Shown here one piece after another: positions 53,717 through 64,000 of a stretch of DNA of 64,000 nt. The notes beneath the pieces are model-generated. The model saw only the letters and a program-made list of their open reading frames with translations. It did no database searches and was not told where the DNA came from. The translations under genes and the position numbers were made by a program. Positions within the stretch are counted from its first letter, which is position 1; every line of letters starts with the position of its first letter. The stretch comes from Acidimicrobiales bacterium (GTDB lineage: Bacteria; Actinomycetota; Acidimicrobiia; Acidimicrobiales; DATDAH01), in the NCBI GenBank assembly GCA_041918615.1, contig JAYRVH010000007.1, forward strand, positions 71,426 through 135,425, read 5' to 3'.

Positions 53717-54987
53717 CAGACGCTGGTCCTCTCGATGTTCGTGGGTGCTCGGGTGCCGGTGGACGGAACCGCGGATGCGCTCTGCAACGCGGGCACCCGG
53801 AGGATGAAGGTCGAGCCTTCACCCTCGCGAGACTCGACGGTGACATCGCCCCCGTGATTGCTGGCCACGTGGCGAACGATGGCGAGACCGAGGCCGGTGC
53901 CACCGGTCTGTCGGCTGCGGGCCCGGTCGACCCGGTAGAAGCGCTCGAAGATCCGCTCGAGGTCGCGTGTCGGGATGCCCGGCCCGCGATCGGCCACCAC
54001 CCAGTCCACCCACGGGCCGACCCGGCGGGCCATGACGTGTACCGAGAGCCCAGGGTCGGAGTACTTGACCGCGTTGTCGAGCAGGTTGAAGACGGCCGAC
54101 ACCAACTGGCGCGAATCGCCGAGCACCACCAGGTCGTCGGACGCCGCGGTCTCGACCCTGATGCCGCGCTGCTCGGCGGCCGATGCGGACCGCGCCACGG
54201 CCTCCTCGATCACCGCCGCCGCTTGAACCGGCGGCCAATCGGCCTCCTGGTCGGCTTCGATGCGACTGAGCGACAGCAGGTCGTCGATGGTGTGCCCGAC
54301 GCGGTGTGCCTCGTCGAGCATCCGGCGGGTGAGGCGCTCGCGGTCGACACGGTCACGCGCCGCCAGCAGGGTCTCGGCCAGGAGGGCCAGGGCACCGACG
54401 GGGGTCTTCAGCTCGTGGCTGATGTTGGCCACGAAGTCACGGCGGACGAGTTCGAGACGCCGCCGCTCGGACACGTCCTCGATCACCGCGAGCGCGCCGC
54501 TCACCTGCTGGTCGGTCTCCGAGGGCAGCGGATAGGCGTCGATCACCAGAGTGCGGCGGGGGGGACCGTAGAGCTCGAGGTTGCGCGACGCCGCCGAACC
54601 GGCGACCGCCGCGGCCAACAGCTCGGTGACCGCCGCCGACACGAGGGCATCGCCGTGACGCGCTCGAGAGAACCCGGCCCCGACCTCGTTCTCGAACACC
54701 ACACCGCCGCGCCCGTCGCAGATCACGACGCCCTGAGGGATGGCGTCGAGCGCCCGGACCAGGCGCTCCGATGCGACGACGTCGCCGGCTCGCTCCGACA
54801 CGACGGCCACCGATCGGTCGAGCGCGACGAGATGCTCGCGGAGCCCACCACCGAGCGTGGGCGACCGACCGTCGAGTCGTGCGGCGGCGCGGGCGACCCG
54901 TCGCGCGGCGTCACGCTGACGGCGATGCAGCACGAGCACCGCGACGACGCCCAGTGTGGCGACGACGCCGAGTCCCGCGGCGAGCAT
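53716..54987 (-). CDS. senX3: sensor histidine kinase (SenX3-like)
   Basis: The H-box is FVANISHELKTPV. NAVKYS, DRGPGIP and GGTGLGLAIV are present. It has a single N-terminal TM segment. Confidence 0.85.
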   Translation of the reverse strand: MLAAGLGVVATLGVVAVLVLHRRQRDAARRVARAAARLDGRSPTLGGGLREHLVALDRSVAVVSERAGDVVASERLVRALDAIPQGVVICDGRGGVVFENEVGAGFSRARHGDALVSAAVTELLAAAVAGSAASRNLELYGPPRRTLVIDAYPLPSETDQQVSGALAVIEDVSERRRLELVRRDFVANISHELKTPVGALALLAETLLAARDRVDRERLTRRMLDEAHRVGHTIDDLLSLSRIEADQEADWPPVQAAAVIEEAVARSASAAEQRGIRVETAASDDLVVLGDSRQLVSAVFNLLDNAVKYSDPGLSVHVMARRVGPWVDWVVADRGPGIPTRDLERIFERFYRVDRARSRQTGGTGLGLAIVRHVASNHGGDVTVESREGEGSTFILRVPALQSASAVPSTGTRAPTNIERTSV

Positions 54988-55817
54988 CAGGCCGACCGCG
55001 CCAACAGGGCTCGTTCGAGATGGGCCACGACATCGAGGCGCATGCCGACGTCACCGGTCGACGCATCGGCCTCGACGGCGCGGATGCCCACCAGGCGGGT
55101 GAGCGCGGCGTAACCGGCAAGGACCAGGGCCGTGTCGGAGTCGGGAGGAAGCGTCTCGCCGGTCTCCCGCAACTCCATCTGGAGCCGTCCGGCCGTACCG
55201 CCGGCGGCACCAGCTGGAAGGTCGGACTCGGCGATCGCGGCCCGCACCGTCCCGAAGGGCGCCAAGGCCGCCCAGCGCACTCCCGCGAGGGCGTCGAGCG
55301 GTGCGTCGGGCACGTTCAGGTTCAACACGGTCTTCGGCTCGGCCACGGCCAGCCACTCGAGGGCGGCGGTCGCCAGCGCGGTTGCGGTGTCCCACTGCAT
55401 GGACTCACCGCCGACCAGACTCACCGCCAGACCCGATACGCCGAAGTTCGCCGCCGTCAGGGCGGCACCGACCGTGCCGGAGTGCAGCGTGGCGCGCCCG
55501 GTGTTGGCCCCCGGGTTCACACCCGAGACCACCACGTCGCAGGGCGCACCGAACCCGCCGAGTCGTGATGCCAACACGGCCAGCCCGGGCGGGCCGTCCA
55601 CGCCGTAGGCGGGCACGTGAGCCAGGCCGGGGATCTCGTAAGCCTCGACCTCGATGTGTTCGTCCACATGCAGCCGACCGATGGCGGCGCCGCTGCCACT
55701 CATGTCGACGAGGGGCGCGGCCACCACCACGTCGTGGCCGGCATCGGAAACCGCGGCGGCCAGTCGATGGATGCCGACGGCGGCGACGCCGTCGTCGTTG
55801 GTGACGAGAACCCGCAT
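54987..55817 (-). CDS. surE: 5'/3'-nucleotidase SurE
   Basis: MRVLVTNDDGV...SGVNPGANTG... is the SurE signature. Confidence 0.85.
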   Translation of the reverse strand: MRVLVTNDDGVAAVGIHRLAAAVSDAGHDVVVAAPLVDMSGSGAAIGRLHVDEHIEVEAYEIPGLAHVPAYGVDGPPGLAVLASRLGGFGAPCDVVVSGVNPGANTGRATLHSGTVGAALTAANFGVSGLAVSLVGGESMQWDTATALATAALEWLAVAEPKTVLNLNVPDAPLDALAGVRWAALAPFGTVRAAIAESDLPAGAAGGTAGRLQMELRETGETLPPDSDTALVLAGYAALTRLVGIRAVEADASTGDVGMRLDVVAHLERALLARSA

Positions 55818-56590
55818 CAGCCCTCGTCGGGAGGGGGTGGTTCGTCGCCGACATCAGGGCTCGAGCCGTTTGCTCCCGCAGGCAGCCTGGGAGCGCTGCG
55901 GGCACGAGCCTCGGCTCGGACGGCGCCCTCCTGTTCGGGCAGCCACCCCGTGACCATGTAGAGCACCCGCTCGCCCATGTTGACGGCGTGATCACCGATG
56001 CGCTCGTAGTACCGGCCGATCAATGCCAGCTGCACGGCGGCCTGCAGGTCGAGGTTGCTCGCCGAGTGCGACTCGAAGATGGCCTGGATGTAGTCCTTGT
56101 GCAGGAGATCGAGGCGGTCGTCCATGTCGTCGAGGGCGGCGGCCAGGCCGGCGTTGCCTTCGACGTAGGCGTCGACGGCGAGCTTGAACAGGCGCTGCGC
56201 CTGCTCGCTCATGCGCTCGATGAGTCCGCGGAGCCGGGGATCGAACTCGGCCCCGTAGATGCGCCGAGCGCCCTTCATGATGTTCACGACGAGGTCGCCC
56301 GAGCGCTCGATCTCGGACGTGAGCCGCAGTGCCGTGACGATGGCCCGCAGATCACCCGCCATGGGCTGCTGCAGGGCGAGCAGTTGGTAGCAACGGTCCT
56401 CGATCTCGACCGACAGCGCGTCGAGGGCGTCATCGCCGTCGATGATCCCCTGGGCCATTTCGAGGTCGTTGGCCAGAAGCGCATCGGTGCCCTGCGGGAT
56501 CACCTCGGTGACCATGGCGGCGTACCGCACGATCTCCTGACGCACCTCGTTGAGCTCCTGGTGGAACGTCTTGCGGATGTCCTGGGGCAC
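55817..56590 (-). CDS. phoU: phosphate signalling protein PhoU
   Basis: The GTG at 56590 has a GAGGTG RBS. The product shows duplicated PhoU repeats (...IRKTFHQELNEV..., ERSGDLVVNI, ERIGDHAVNM). The ORF-track ATG at 56629 is an alternative start. Confidence 0.85.
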   Translation of the reverse strand: MPQDIRKTFHQELNEVRQEIVRYAAMVTEVIPQGTDALLANDLEMAQGIIDGDDALDALSVEIEDRCYQLLALQQPMAGDLRAIVTALRLTSEIERSGDLVVNIMKGARRIYGAEFDPRLRGLIERMSEQAQRLFKLAVDAYVEGNAGLAAALDDMDDRLDLLHKDYIQAIFESHSASNLDLQAAVQLALIGRYYERIGDHAVNMGERVLYMVTGWLPEQEGAVRAEARARSAPRLPAGANGSSPDVGDEPPPPDEG

Positions 56591-56774
56591 GTACGTCACC
56601 TCACTCAGCAACCAGATGGTCGGGATCACCGGCGATGGCGGAAACGCACCAAGACCGGGACGACAGCGAACCCGTGTCGAATCTACCGTTCGAGCCGGTG
56701 AAGTCGGTGGGCCCGGGCCGGGCGCAGTCGTCGATGCCCGGAAGCTACGGCCAGGGAATGGCCGACGGGCGGGG

Positions 56775-56807
56775 ACGACATGAATGTGGGGTGAACAGAG
56801 GGAGAAC
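56775..56807 (-). promoter_or_regulatory. PHO-box-like array of three contiguous 11-nt direct repeat units
   Basis: The minus strand reads GTTCTCCCTCT GTTCACCCCAC ATTCATGTCGT. It lies about 185 nt upstream of phoU and resembles the actinobacterial GTTCA-core PHO box. Confidence 0.45.
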
Positions 56808-56954
56808 CTGTGTCGCCCTGCCGAGCGCCTCGACCCAGGGCCGGTGACAGGTCGGTGACGGCCTGGCGACCTGCACCCGACGTCCCCAGGATGGTCATTC
56901 GGCGTTCATCACACGGCGGTTGTCCGGCCAAGAGCTCGACCTACCGTCGCGCCC

Positions 56955-57710
56955 ATGAGCGCCGAGACGACACTCACCGATCGCCACCTCCGCCTCGAGT
57001 CGGTCTTCAACTTCCGCGATCTGGGGGGCTACCGGGCGGCCGAGGGCCGGTCGGTCGGGTGGGGGCGCCTCTACCGGGCCGACGGGCTCCACCACCTGTC
57101 GGCCGGCGACGTCGACATCGTGGCCGGCCTCGGGCTTCGCACGGTGATCGACCTGCGCACGATGGCCGAGGTCGACGAACGGGGATTGTTCCCGGTCGAC
57201 CTCCATCCGGTGGATCACCATCATCTGCCCGTGATCGCCGAGACCTGGCCCGAGGACGATCGGGTGCAGGACCCCGAGGCGTACCTCGCGGCCCGATACG
57301 TCGACATGCTCGACGAAGGCGGCTCCGCCGTCGCCTCGGCAATGGCCGTGCTGAGCCGAAGGGCGAGCTATCCACTGGTGTTCCACTGTGCGGCCGGCAA
57401 GGACCGCACAGGGGTGCTCGCTGCGCTCGTGTTGGGCGTGCTCGGGGTTCGCGATGACGACGTCGTGCGCGACTACGCGCTGAGTGCCCTCGCCATGATG
57501 CGTATGCAGGCCTGGCTCTCGGAGCACTCACCCGAGGGCGCCGAGGCGATGGCGCGCCAACCCGTGGGGTGGCTGGCCGCGCCACCGGCTGCGATGGCGG
57601 CCCTGCTCGCCCACGTGCGGGAGGTCTACGGCTCGCCCGAGGCGTACCTGCTCGGGCACGGGGTCGCGCCCTCGACGATCGGGGCGGTCCGGGCGAACCT
57701 CCTGTGCTGA
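56955..57710 (+). CDS. protein tyrosine/serine phosphatase (CX5R)
   Basis: HCAAGKDRTG is the active-site loop. FNFRDLGG is an N-terminal motif of the tyrosine phosphatase family. Confidence 0.85.
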   Translation: MSAETTLTDRHLRLESVFNFRDLGGYRAAEGRSVGWGRLYRADGLHHLSAGDVDIVAGLGLRTVIDLRTMAEVDERGLFPVDLHPVDHHHLPVIAETWPEDDRVQDPEAYLAARYVDMLDEGGSAVASAMAVLSRRASYPLVFHCAAGKDRTGVLAALVLGVLGVRDDDVVRDYALSALAMMRMQAWLSEHSPEGAEAMARQPVGWLAAPPAAMAALLAHVREVYGSPEAYLLGHGVAPSTIGAVRANLLC

Positions 57711-57793
57711 GCACGCCCCTGGCACCGGCACGGCACGAACGGCCAAGCTGAACCGGCCAGATGGTCAACCGCTCACCTCCCGACCGGCGTCGC

Positions 57794-58411
57794 TCAGTTC
57801 GACGGGCCTCGAGGCACGTCCGCACGGATGAAGGTCCAGGGGAAGGGCCGCCGAAGCTCGATGACGTCGAGGTGGCGACCGGCCAGGCGCGTGAATGCGC
57901 CCCTTCCGAAGTGCTGGACGTGCCCGGGCGTGTTGCCGAGCTCGCGCAGGTAGCGACCGCGGGCCAGGTTGCCCAGGCGCCACACGGGTTCCCAGGGGAC
58001 CGAGAGGACCACGGCTCCTGTGCCCACGCGGGCGATCTCGCGAAGGACCGCGTCAGGGTCGGCGACGTGCTCGAGGACCTCGAGCACGAGCACGAGATCG
58101 AAGGTCGAGTCGGGGAACGGCAGCGCCTCAGCCGTGCCGCACACCATGCTCGCGTCGAGCCCCTCCCAGCGCGAGGAGAGCGCGTCGCTGGGGAGGTCGA
58201 ACCCGACGAGGCGCGCCCCCGGCTGGAGCTGTGCGACCTTCCGCAGTTGACCGCCTTCACCACAACCCACCTCGAGGACGTTGCCGGGTCGGTCGGGTAA
58301 CAGGCCGAGCAGCGCTGACGAGAAGCCGGCTACGAGTCGACGCTCGAACGGATTGGTCGCCGCCTCCTTGTCGTAGACGTTGCCGACGGGCACGTCGGCT
58401 TCCGGGCTCAA
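57794..58411 (-). CDS. class I SAM-dependent methyltransferase
   Basis: VLEVGCGEGG (motif I) and DLVLVLEVLEHV are present. Confidence 0.8.
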   Translation of the reverse strand: MSPEADVPVGNVYDKEAATNPFERRLVAGFSSALLGLLPDRPGNVLEVGCGEGGQLRKVAQLQPGARLVGFDLPSDALSSRWEGLDASMVCGTAEALPFPDSTFDLVLVLEVLEHVADPDAVLREIARVGTGAVVLSVPWEPVWRLGNLARGRYLRELGNTPGHVQHFGRGAFTRLAGRHLDVIELRRPFPWTFIRADVPRGPSN

Positions 58412-59442
58412 GTCGACGCCGGTTCGACCTCGTCGCGTGGCCGACTGATCCGCACGAAGAGGTCGGCCAGGAGCCCGATCGACAGCACCTGCAAGGCCGC
58501 GAACAGGATCAACAAGGTGTTCGTGCCGACCCGGAAGTCCTTGTCGACGAGGTCGAAGCCCAGCTTCGTGAGCCCGATGACCCCGAGCAGCAGGCCCATC
58601 GGCACGAAGACGCGGAGCGGGTTGTACGACAGCACGAGCCTGATCACCTGCGTGAGGTACCGGCGGGTGTCCTTTCGCCAGTGGAACTTCGACTCACCCG
58701 CTCTCGGTGAGTACTCGATCGGCACGTACTTCACCGAGTAGCCGTTGGCCAGGAAGCTCATGGTGATCGTGGTCACACACGAGAAGCCCGTCGGCAGCAG
58801 GTGCAGGTACTGGGCCGCCACCTCGCGCCGAAACGCTCGGAGGCCCGAGTTCAGGTCAGGGATGTCGGTCTCGGTCAGATAGCTGGCCAGCTTGCGGATG
58901 AACAATTTGGCCGGCACGCGGAACACCTTGGCCGTGCCCTGCTCCGTCGTCCGGGCGCCCACCACCTGGTCGTAGCCCTCGAGTTCCTTCACCAACTCGG
59001 GGATCCGGTCGTTCGGATAGGTCATGTCCACGTCGGTCCACACCACCACCCGGCCCCGTGCGGCGATCGTCCCGTACTTGCGGGCCGAGCCCGAGCCCCG
59101 GTTCGTGGCGAACTGGAGGAGGCGGATGCCCTCGATGCCGGCGAGGGCCTCGCCCGAGCCGTCGTTGGAGCCGTCGTCGACCACGATGATCTCGTAGCTG
59201 TAGTGCGAACGATCGAGCGCCACTCGGATCCGGTCGATCTCGACGCGGAGGTGGCCCTTCTCGTTGTAGACCGGCAGGATCACCGACACGTCCAGATCGT
59301 CTGCGACGGCGACCTCCTCGACCAGGTGGGGGGCGGTCCCCAATCGTTCCAACGCGACAGCCACGCGGCGAGGATACGGACGGACGCCACGCCATGGAAT
59401 GGCCTCGAACCGGAGTTCACCAACCGGCTGCCCACTTGTCAT
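58408..59442 (-). CDS. family 2 glycosyltransferase (polyprenyl-phosphate sugar synthase-like, C-terminal TM helices)
   Basis: VSVILPVYNE, IVVDDGSNDGS, WTDVDMTYP and the C-terminal hydrophobic helices are as in GtrB/Ppm-type enzymes. Confidence 0.8.
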   Translation of the reverse strand: MTSGQPVGELRFEAIPWRGVRPYPRRVAVALERLGTAPHLVEEVAVADDLDVSVILPVYNEKGHLRVEIDRIRVALDRSHYSYEIIVVDDGSNDGSGEALAGIEGIRLLQFATNRGSGSARKYGTIAARGRVVVWTDVDMTYPNDRIPELVKELEGYDQVVGARTTEQGTAKVFRVPAKLFIRKLASYLTETDIPDLNSGLRAFRREVAAQYLHLLPTGFSCVTTITMSFLANGYSVKYVPIEYSPRAGESKFHWRKDTRRYLTQVIRLVLSYNPLRVFVPMGLLLGVIGLTKLGFDLVDKDFRVGTNTLLILFAALQVLSIGLLADLFVRISRPRDEVEPAST

Positions 59443-59498
59443 CTCACGGCCAGAGGCCCGCTTCCTTGCGCTGAGGAGGGCCTCGGTAGGGTGACCGC

Positions 59499-61028
59499 GT
59501 GGGTCCCCCCGATCGTCGCTCCTGGTCGGTGATCGGGCTCGTCGGGGTGGTGACCGCGTTCGTCGGGCTTGGCTCGCTGTACGCGTTCACGGTACCGAGG
59601 TTCCTGCCTGCGGACGAGACCTCCCACGTCGGGTACGCCCTGGCCCTTTCTCATGGGGAACTCCCGGCGCTCGATTCGAAGGTGCCCGACGAGGTACCCG
59701 GCATGCCCCTCTACTTCCGGCTCCGCCGCGAGATCTACACCGCCAACCACCCGCCGCTGTACTACCTGGTGGTCGCCCTTCCCCTCGGTCTCGGCGTGCG
59801 ATCCGGGCATCCGGTGGCGGGCATGGAACTGGCCCGCCTGTTCACCGTGGCCCTCACGGCCATCGGCGCCGTGGCGGTGTGGTGGACGGCCCGCACGCTC
59901 ATCCCGGATCGACGGGACGTCGCCCTACTCGCCGCTGCCCTGACGGTGCTGTTGCCGGCCGTCCCCCGGTTTGCGGGTACTGTCCACAACGACGGCTTCG
60001 CCTTGGCTATGTCCGCCGTGGCAATCGCCGTCTCGGTGAGACTGCTCGCGAGCGGCCCGACCCGTCGGCGGCTCCTGGCCGCTGCGACAGCAGCGGCAAC
60101 CCTCACACTCACCCGCGCAGTTGGCATACCCGCTGCGGGCCTGGTCGCGTCGGCGGCCACCGCCTCGATCCTGGTGCACAGCCGACGCCCGATGGCGACG
60201 CGTGTGGGCCGCGCCGTCACCGCTGGTGCAGGTGTCGCCGGCGTGGCCTGCCTTGCGTCCGCCTGGTTCTGGCGCCGCAACAAGCAGCTCTATGGTGACA
60301 TCGCCGGGTCGGCCTACAACCTCAACCGCTTCGGGTACGAGCGCCGCGGATCGACGCTGGGCACCATCACCGAACTCCACTGGCCTACTGAGTTCCACCG
60401 CCAGATCTGGGGCCGCATCTATGACAGCGACGAATTCGCCGTCGGGTGGGGCGCCCTCCCGGGCGCCTTCCTCGCCGGCCTGGTCGTGCTCGGCGCGGTC
60501 GCACTCCTGGTGGGCGCGGCGCGCCGCCACCGGTGGCCGTCGCACCCGAAGCCGCACGAGGCCGGTGCCACCGATCGTGGCCGCACCCTTGCCTGGCTCT
60601 TCCTGGGGTCGTGGGTCGGACTCATCTACGTGTCCACCATCAGCTACATCGCGTCGGGCGGTGGCCCCCATGCACGCTACCTCTTCCCCGCGTTCCCGGC
60701 CGTGGCCCTGCTGGCGGCGACGGCAATCGGCGCCCTTCCCGCCCGACGCCACGCGGTCGGCCCCGTCGTGACCGTCGTGCTCCTGGTGACGATCGGCCTC
60801 GTGTGGGCGGCCAAGTTCGCCGACACGATCCGGCCGACGGCCTGGTGGTGGGGCGAGGCCCTGACCAGCACCGCCTCGGTGACGAACGGCATACCGGCAG
60901 GCGTCGTCTGGTTGACGGTGGCCCTCGCCGTCCTGGGTGGCCTGGCGACATGTACCGCCCTGGTTGCCCTTGCGGGGGTGGAACAGACCAGCTCGGCCTC
61001 ACCCACGTCAAGTCGGGTCACACCGTGA
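59499..61028 (+). CDS. polytopic membrane protein, putative GT-C-fold glycosyltransferase
   Basis: It has at least 10 TM helices. The first extracytoplasmic loop carries PADETSHVGY. It is adjacent to the polyprenyl-phosphate GT2 gene. Confidence 0.55.
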   Translation: MGPPDRRSWSVIGLVGVVTAFVGLGSLYAFTVPRFLPADETSHVGYALALSHGELPALDSKVPDEVPGMPLYFRLRREIYTANHPPLYYLVVALPLGLGVRSGHPVAGMELARLFTVALTAIGAVAVWWTARTLIPDRRDVALLAAALTVLLPAVPRFAGTVHNDGFALAMSAVAIAVSVRLLASGPTRRRLLAAATAAATLTLTRAVGIPAAGLVASAATASILVHSRRPMATRVGRAVTAGAGVAGVACLASAWFWRRNKQLYGDIAGSAYNLNRFGYERRGSTLGTITELHWPTEFHRQIWGRIYDSDEFAVGWGALPGAFLAGLVVLGAVALLVGAARRHRWPSHPKPHEAGATDRGRTLAWLFLGSWVGLIYVSTISYIASGGGPHARYLFPAFPAVALLAATAIGALPARRHAVGPVVTVVLLVTIGLVWAAKFADTIRPTAWWWGEALTSTASVTNGIPAGVVWLTVALAVLGGLATCTALVALAGVEQTSSASPTSSRVTP

Positions 61029-61031
61029 GCT

Positions 61032-61703
61032 TCAACGCACCTCGGCGGCCAGATGGTCGGGATCGCCCGTGATCATGTAGCGCAGGCGGGCACCCATGAT
61101 GCTGGCGTGGTCGGCGATCCGGTCGAGAGCCTGTGCCGCGGCGTTCGTGGCGAGGGCCAGGGGCACCGCATCGGGCCCCGAGAGCCGCAGGAGCTCGGTG
61201 GTGAGCTGCTCGCGGTAGACCGCCATGGACGGGGCGCCGGCCACCAGCTCGGTGGCGAGCGCCAGATCCTCCGACGCCCACGCCCGCAGGGCCGTGCGAT
61301 ACAGGTCGATGGTCTGGTCGGCCATCGATGTCAAGATGTCGTGGGTGGACCGGTTCGACGCCAGCAGGGGCTGACGGGGGGCGAGCTTCAACACCCGCAG
61401 GGCCAGGTCGCCGACGCGCTCGAGCTCGGCCAGCATGCGCACGACCGAGACGATGAACCGCAGGTCCGAAGCCACCGGCTGCTCGCGTCGCATCAGGTCG
61501 TAGCACCGTTCGGTGAGCGACACGTTCATGGCATCGATGTCGTCGTCGGCATTGACCCCGAGGCCTGCCATTCGTTCGTCGCCGGTACGAAGGACCTCGC
61601 GCATCCGCTCGAGGTTCTGGTCGACGCGCACGCCCATCACCTCTACCTGCAGCCGGAGCTGCTCGAGCTCGGCCGCGTACGTCTGTCGCACCTGACTAGC
61701 CAA
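61032..61703 (-). CDS. phoU: PhoU-family protein (second copy, pst-linked)
   Basis: Duplicated PhoU repeats are present ([22 protein letters not shown]). It overlaps the pstB stop by 8 nt. Confidence 0.85.
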   Translation of the reverse strand: MASQVRQTYAAELEQLRLQVEVMGVRVDQNLERMREVLRTGDERMAGLGVNADDDIDAMNVSLTERCYDLMRREQPVASDLRFIVSVVRMLAELERVGDLALRVLKLAPRQPLLASNRSTHDILTSMADQTIDLYRTALRAWASEDLALATELVAGAPSMAVYREQLTTELLRLSGPDAVPLALATNAAAQALDRIADHASIMGARLRYMITGDPDHLAAEVR

Positions 61704-62619
61704 AACGACCCGTCACGTAGTTCTCGGTGCGCTCGTCTCTCGGGTTCGAGAAGATCTGCTCGGTCGAGTCGTACTCCACGAGGAGTCCCGTGCGTGTGTC
61801 GCTCGTCTCGTTGACCTCGGCGGTGAAGAAGGCGGTACGGTCGCTCACGCGGGCCGCCTGCTGCATGTTGTGGGTGACGATCACGATCGTGTACTCGCTC
61901 TTGATCTCGTCCATGAGGTCTTCGATGCGACCGGTGGCGATGGGATCGAGGGCGGAACAAGGCTCGTCCATCAAGACCACCTCGGGGTCGACCGCCAGCG
62001 CTCGGGCGATGCACAGGCGCTGCTGTTGGCCGCCCGACAGCCCCATGGCCGAGTCCTTGAGACGACTCTTGACCTCGTCCCACAGGCCCGCCCGCTTCAG
62101 CGAGCGCTCCACGATCTCGTCCATGTCGCCCTTGATGCCGGCGGTCTTCGGCCCGAAGGCGATGTTGTCGTAGATCGACTTCGGGAAGGGGTTGGGCTTC
62201 TGGAACACCATCCCGATCCGGCGACGGACCTCGACCGGGTTCACCTGGGCGTCGTACAGGTCGACGCCGTGGTAGTCGATGGTGCCCTCGACCCGGGCGG
62301 TGTCGATCAGGTCGTTCATGCGGTTGAAGCACCGCAGCACGGTGGTCTTGCCGCACCCGGACGGGCCGATGAAGGCGGTCACCTGGTGGGCGTCGACCTC
62401 GAGGTTGACGTCTCGCACGGCGCGAAACTCACCGTAGAAGACGTTGAGGTCCTTGACCCGGAAAACCGGTGGGTGCTGTCCGTCGTCCTGCGCCTGTGCG
62501 TGCTCGGGAATGATGTGCACCTCGGTCGCGTGGTCGGTGGCCCCGTCGCCAGTCGTCCGGACGTTCGAGCCGGCGGACGCGTTCGGCGTTGGATGCGTAC
62601 CTGTCTCGGAGGTCGACAT
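61696..62619 (-). CDS. pstB: phosphate ABC transporter ATP-binding protein PstB
   Basis: The ATG is at 62619. [26 protein letters not shown] and [12 protein letters not shown] are present. It has a roughly 45-aa N-terminal extension. Confidence 0.9.
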   Translation of the reverse strand: MSTSETGTHPTPNASAGSNVRTTGDGATDHATEVHIIPEHAQAQDDGQHPPVFRVKDLNVFYGEFRAVRDVNLEVDAHQVTAFIGPSGCGKTTVLRCFNRMNDLIDTARVEGTIDYHGVDLYDAQVNPVEVRRRIGMVFQKPNPFPKSIYDNIAFGPKTAGIKGDMDEIVERSLKRAGLWDEVKSRLKDSAMGLSGGQQQRLCIARALAVDPEVVLMDEPCSALDPIATGRIEDLMDEIKSEYTIVIVTHNMQQAARVSDRTAFFTAEVNETSDTRTGLLVEYDSTEQIFSNPRDERTENYVTGRFG

Positions 62620-62624
62620 GGTCG

Positions 62625-63572
62625 TTACCGGACCCTCTTCTTCTCGTAGTGGTTGCGGAGCAGGATGGCTGCAGTGTTGGCGATGAGGACGACGGCCAAC
62701 AAGACGACGATGGCCGCCGAGGTGAGCGCCCGAAAGTCCGGGTTGGGCTGGCTCGCCCACTGGGTGATGACGATGGGCATCGCCGTGAACCGGTCGGTGA
62801 ACTGGCTGACGTCGAACATGCCGGCCTCGCTGGCGAGGCGACCGGTGACCGCACCCACCAGGATCAGCGGGGCCGCCTCGCCCAGGGCCCGTGCCAGGGA
62901 GAGCACCGTGCCCGTGAGGATGCCGGGGGCGGCGTAGGGGAGAACGTGGCTGCGGATGACCTCCCACCGCGTGGCGCCCACCCCGTAACCGGCTTCTCGC
63001 AGGCTGTCTGGAACCGCGCGGATGGCCTCGGCGGCCGTGATGATCACGATGGGGAGCACCAGGATCGCGATGGTCAGCGCGCCCGAGATGGTCGAGCGGC
63101 CCCCGGTGATGCGCTCGAGTGTGCCCACCAGGATGGTGAGGCCGAGGATGCCGTAGACCACCGAGGGCACACCCGCCAGGTTGCGGATGTTGAGGTCGAT
63201 GAAGCGGCTGAGGCGGCTGTTCTTGGCGTACTCCTCGAGGTAGATGGCCGAGCCCACCCCAATCGGGAAGGTGACCGCCACCACGGTGACGCCGATCCAG
63301 AACGATCCCCGCAGCCCCTGGTACACGCCGGCCTCGTCGGGTTGCGAGCGCAACCCCGCGGACAAGAACCCCTGGAACCGTGAGGTGAAGACGTCGATGG
63401 CGCCGGTGACCACATCGAGGAGGAGCACGAGGAGCACGACGATCGTGATCAGCAGCGCCAGCTGGAGCAAGGTGCGGAAGATCACTCCGCTGGCGTCCGA
63501 GCGGCTCTTGGTGAGGCTGCGCCGGACGATCTCGGTCGTCGTGAGCTCGAGCGGGGGTGCGGTGATGGCCAC
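62625..63572 (-). CDS. pstA: phosphate ABC transporter permease PstA
   Basis: It has a polytopic profile with the EAA-like loop [19 protein letters not shown]. Confidence 0.85.
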   Translation of the reverse strand: MAITAPPLELTTTEIVRRSLTKSRSDASGVIFRTLLQLALLITIVVLLVLLLDVVTGAIDVFTSRFQGFLSAGLRSQPDEAGVYQGLRGSFWIGVTVVAVTFPIGVGSAIYLEEYAKNSRLSRFIDLNIRNLAGVPSVVYGILGLTILVGTLERITGGRSTISGALTIAILVLPIVIITAAEAIRAVPDSLREAGYGVGATRWEVIRSHVLPYAAPGILTGTVLSLARALGEAAPLILVGAVTGRLASEAGMFDVSQFTDRFTAMPIVITQWASQPNPDFRALTSAAIVVLLAVVLIANTAAILLRNHYEKKRVR

Positions 63573-63581
63573 GGCGATCTC

Positions 63582-64000
63582 CTAGTACTGCTGGCGGACG
63601 CTGCGCACGAACCGGCCCGCTATGAGGTTCAGGACGAGGGTCACGAGGAACAGGAGCAGGCCGACGAAGAACAGGCTGGCAAAGGCCAGTTCGGCCCCCG
63701 CCACGGCGTCGCTGCCCGCGGCCTGGCTGGCCATGGCCGCGGTCATCGTGGTGCCGGGCTCGAGCGCGTCGGTGCTGAACAGCGAGCCGCCACTGCCCCC
63801 GGCGGCGATGAACACCACCATGGTCTCGCCGATGGCCCGGGAGATGGCGACGATGAAGGCGGCCACCAGGCCGGAGATGGCCGCAGGGATCACGACCTTG
63901 ACGGTCGTGGTGATCTTGCGGGCCCCCATGCCTGCGGAGGCCTCGCGCAACGTCGTCGGCACCGAGCGCAGCGCGTCCTCGGAGATGGCGGCCACGAGGG
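63582..64000 (-). CDS. pstC: phosphate ABC transporter permease PstC (partial, 5' end beyond the window)
   Basis: The C-terminal part includes [17 protein letters not shown]. The reading frame is open to the window end. Confidence 0.8.
   Translation of the reverse strand, partial: LVAAISEDALRSVPTTLREASAGMGARKITTTVKVVIPAAISGLVAAFIVAISRAIGETMVVFIAAGGSGGSLFSTDALEPGTTMTAAMASQAAGSDAVAGAELAFASLFFVGLLLFLVTLVLNLIAGRFVRSVRQQY

Noticed and set aside
53057-55113. Two long plus-strand ORFs (266 aa and 419 aa)
   Set aside because: They are antisense to the regX3-like and senX3-like genes. No motifs are seen.

Overview
High-GC (roughly 70%) actinobacterial chromosome segment; the gene content suggests an Acidimicrobiia-like organism, but that is a guess. 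The window has two parts.

Left part, about 1-24.1 kb, looks accessory:
- A metal module: a class III nucleotide cyclase fused to a YHS domain plus a CDF-like exporter, then an ArsR/SmtB regulator, a cupredoxin and a two-domain multicopper oxidase.
- A frameshifted IS256-family transposase remnant.
- An 11-kb co-directional, translationally coupled Gram-positive-type Tad/Flp pilus operon: sigma-like regulator, two secreted proteins, CpaB, TadZ-like protein, TadA/CpaF, TadB, TadC, Flp pilin, three TadE/G pseudopilins and a 1024-aa LysM-BTAD protein.
- Divergent from that operon, a DNA-processing and integration module: a winged-helix protein, a MobF relaxase-helicase, an excisionase, a DUF5131(Gp37/Gp68)/TcmP pair and a tyrosine integrase. 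The integrase abuts the 3' end of an initiator tRNA-fMet gene.

Right part, 24.1-64 kb, is mostly housekeeping: a VOC (glyoxalase-fold) protein, MazEF, a two-component system, psd plus a gutted pssA, UPF0182, ltaE, a DivIVA fusion protein, a Lon-PDZ protease, the Liv ABC transporter, mreB, moaE, an HtrA-like protease, phoU-surE-senX3-regX3, a glycosylation module and phoU-pstBAC.

Most interesting signals:
- A 9-mer, (G/C)ACCTCCCG, occurs 11 times with strict 12-bp phasing. The copies lie in the divergent promoter between the Tad operon and the relaxase operon, beside a perfect 11-bp inverted repeat just upstream of the relaxase (candidate oriT), and inside a roughly 220-aa HTH-bearing insertion in the relaxase gene.
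- The relaxase module is physically and apparently regulatorily coupled to a Tad pilus machine. No VirB4, VirD4 or TraB is present in the window.
- A perfect LexA-type SOS box lies directly upstream of the uncharacterised DUF5131/TcmP pair.

All functional calls rest on motifs recognised by eye in the translations. No database search was run.
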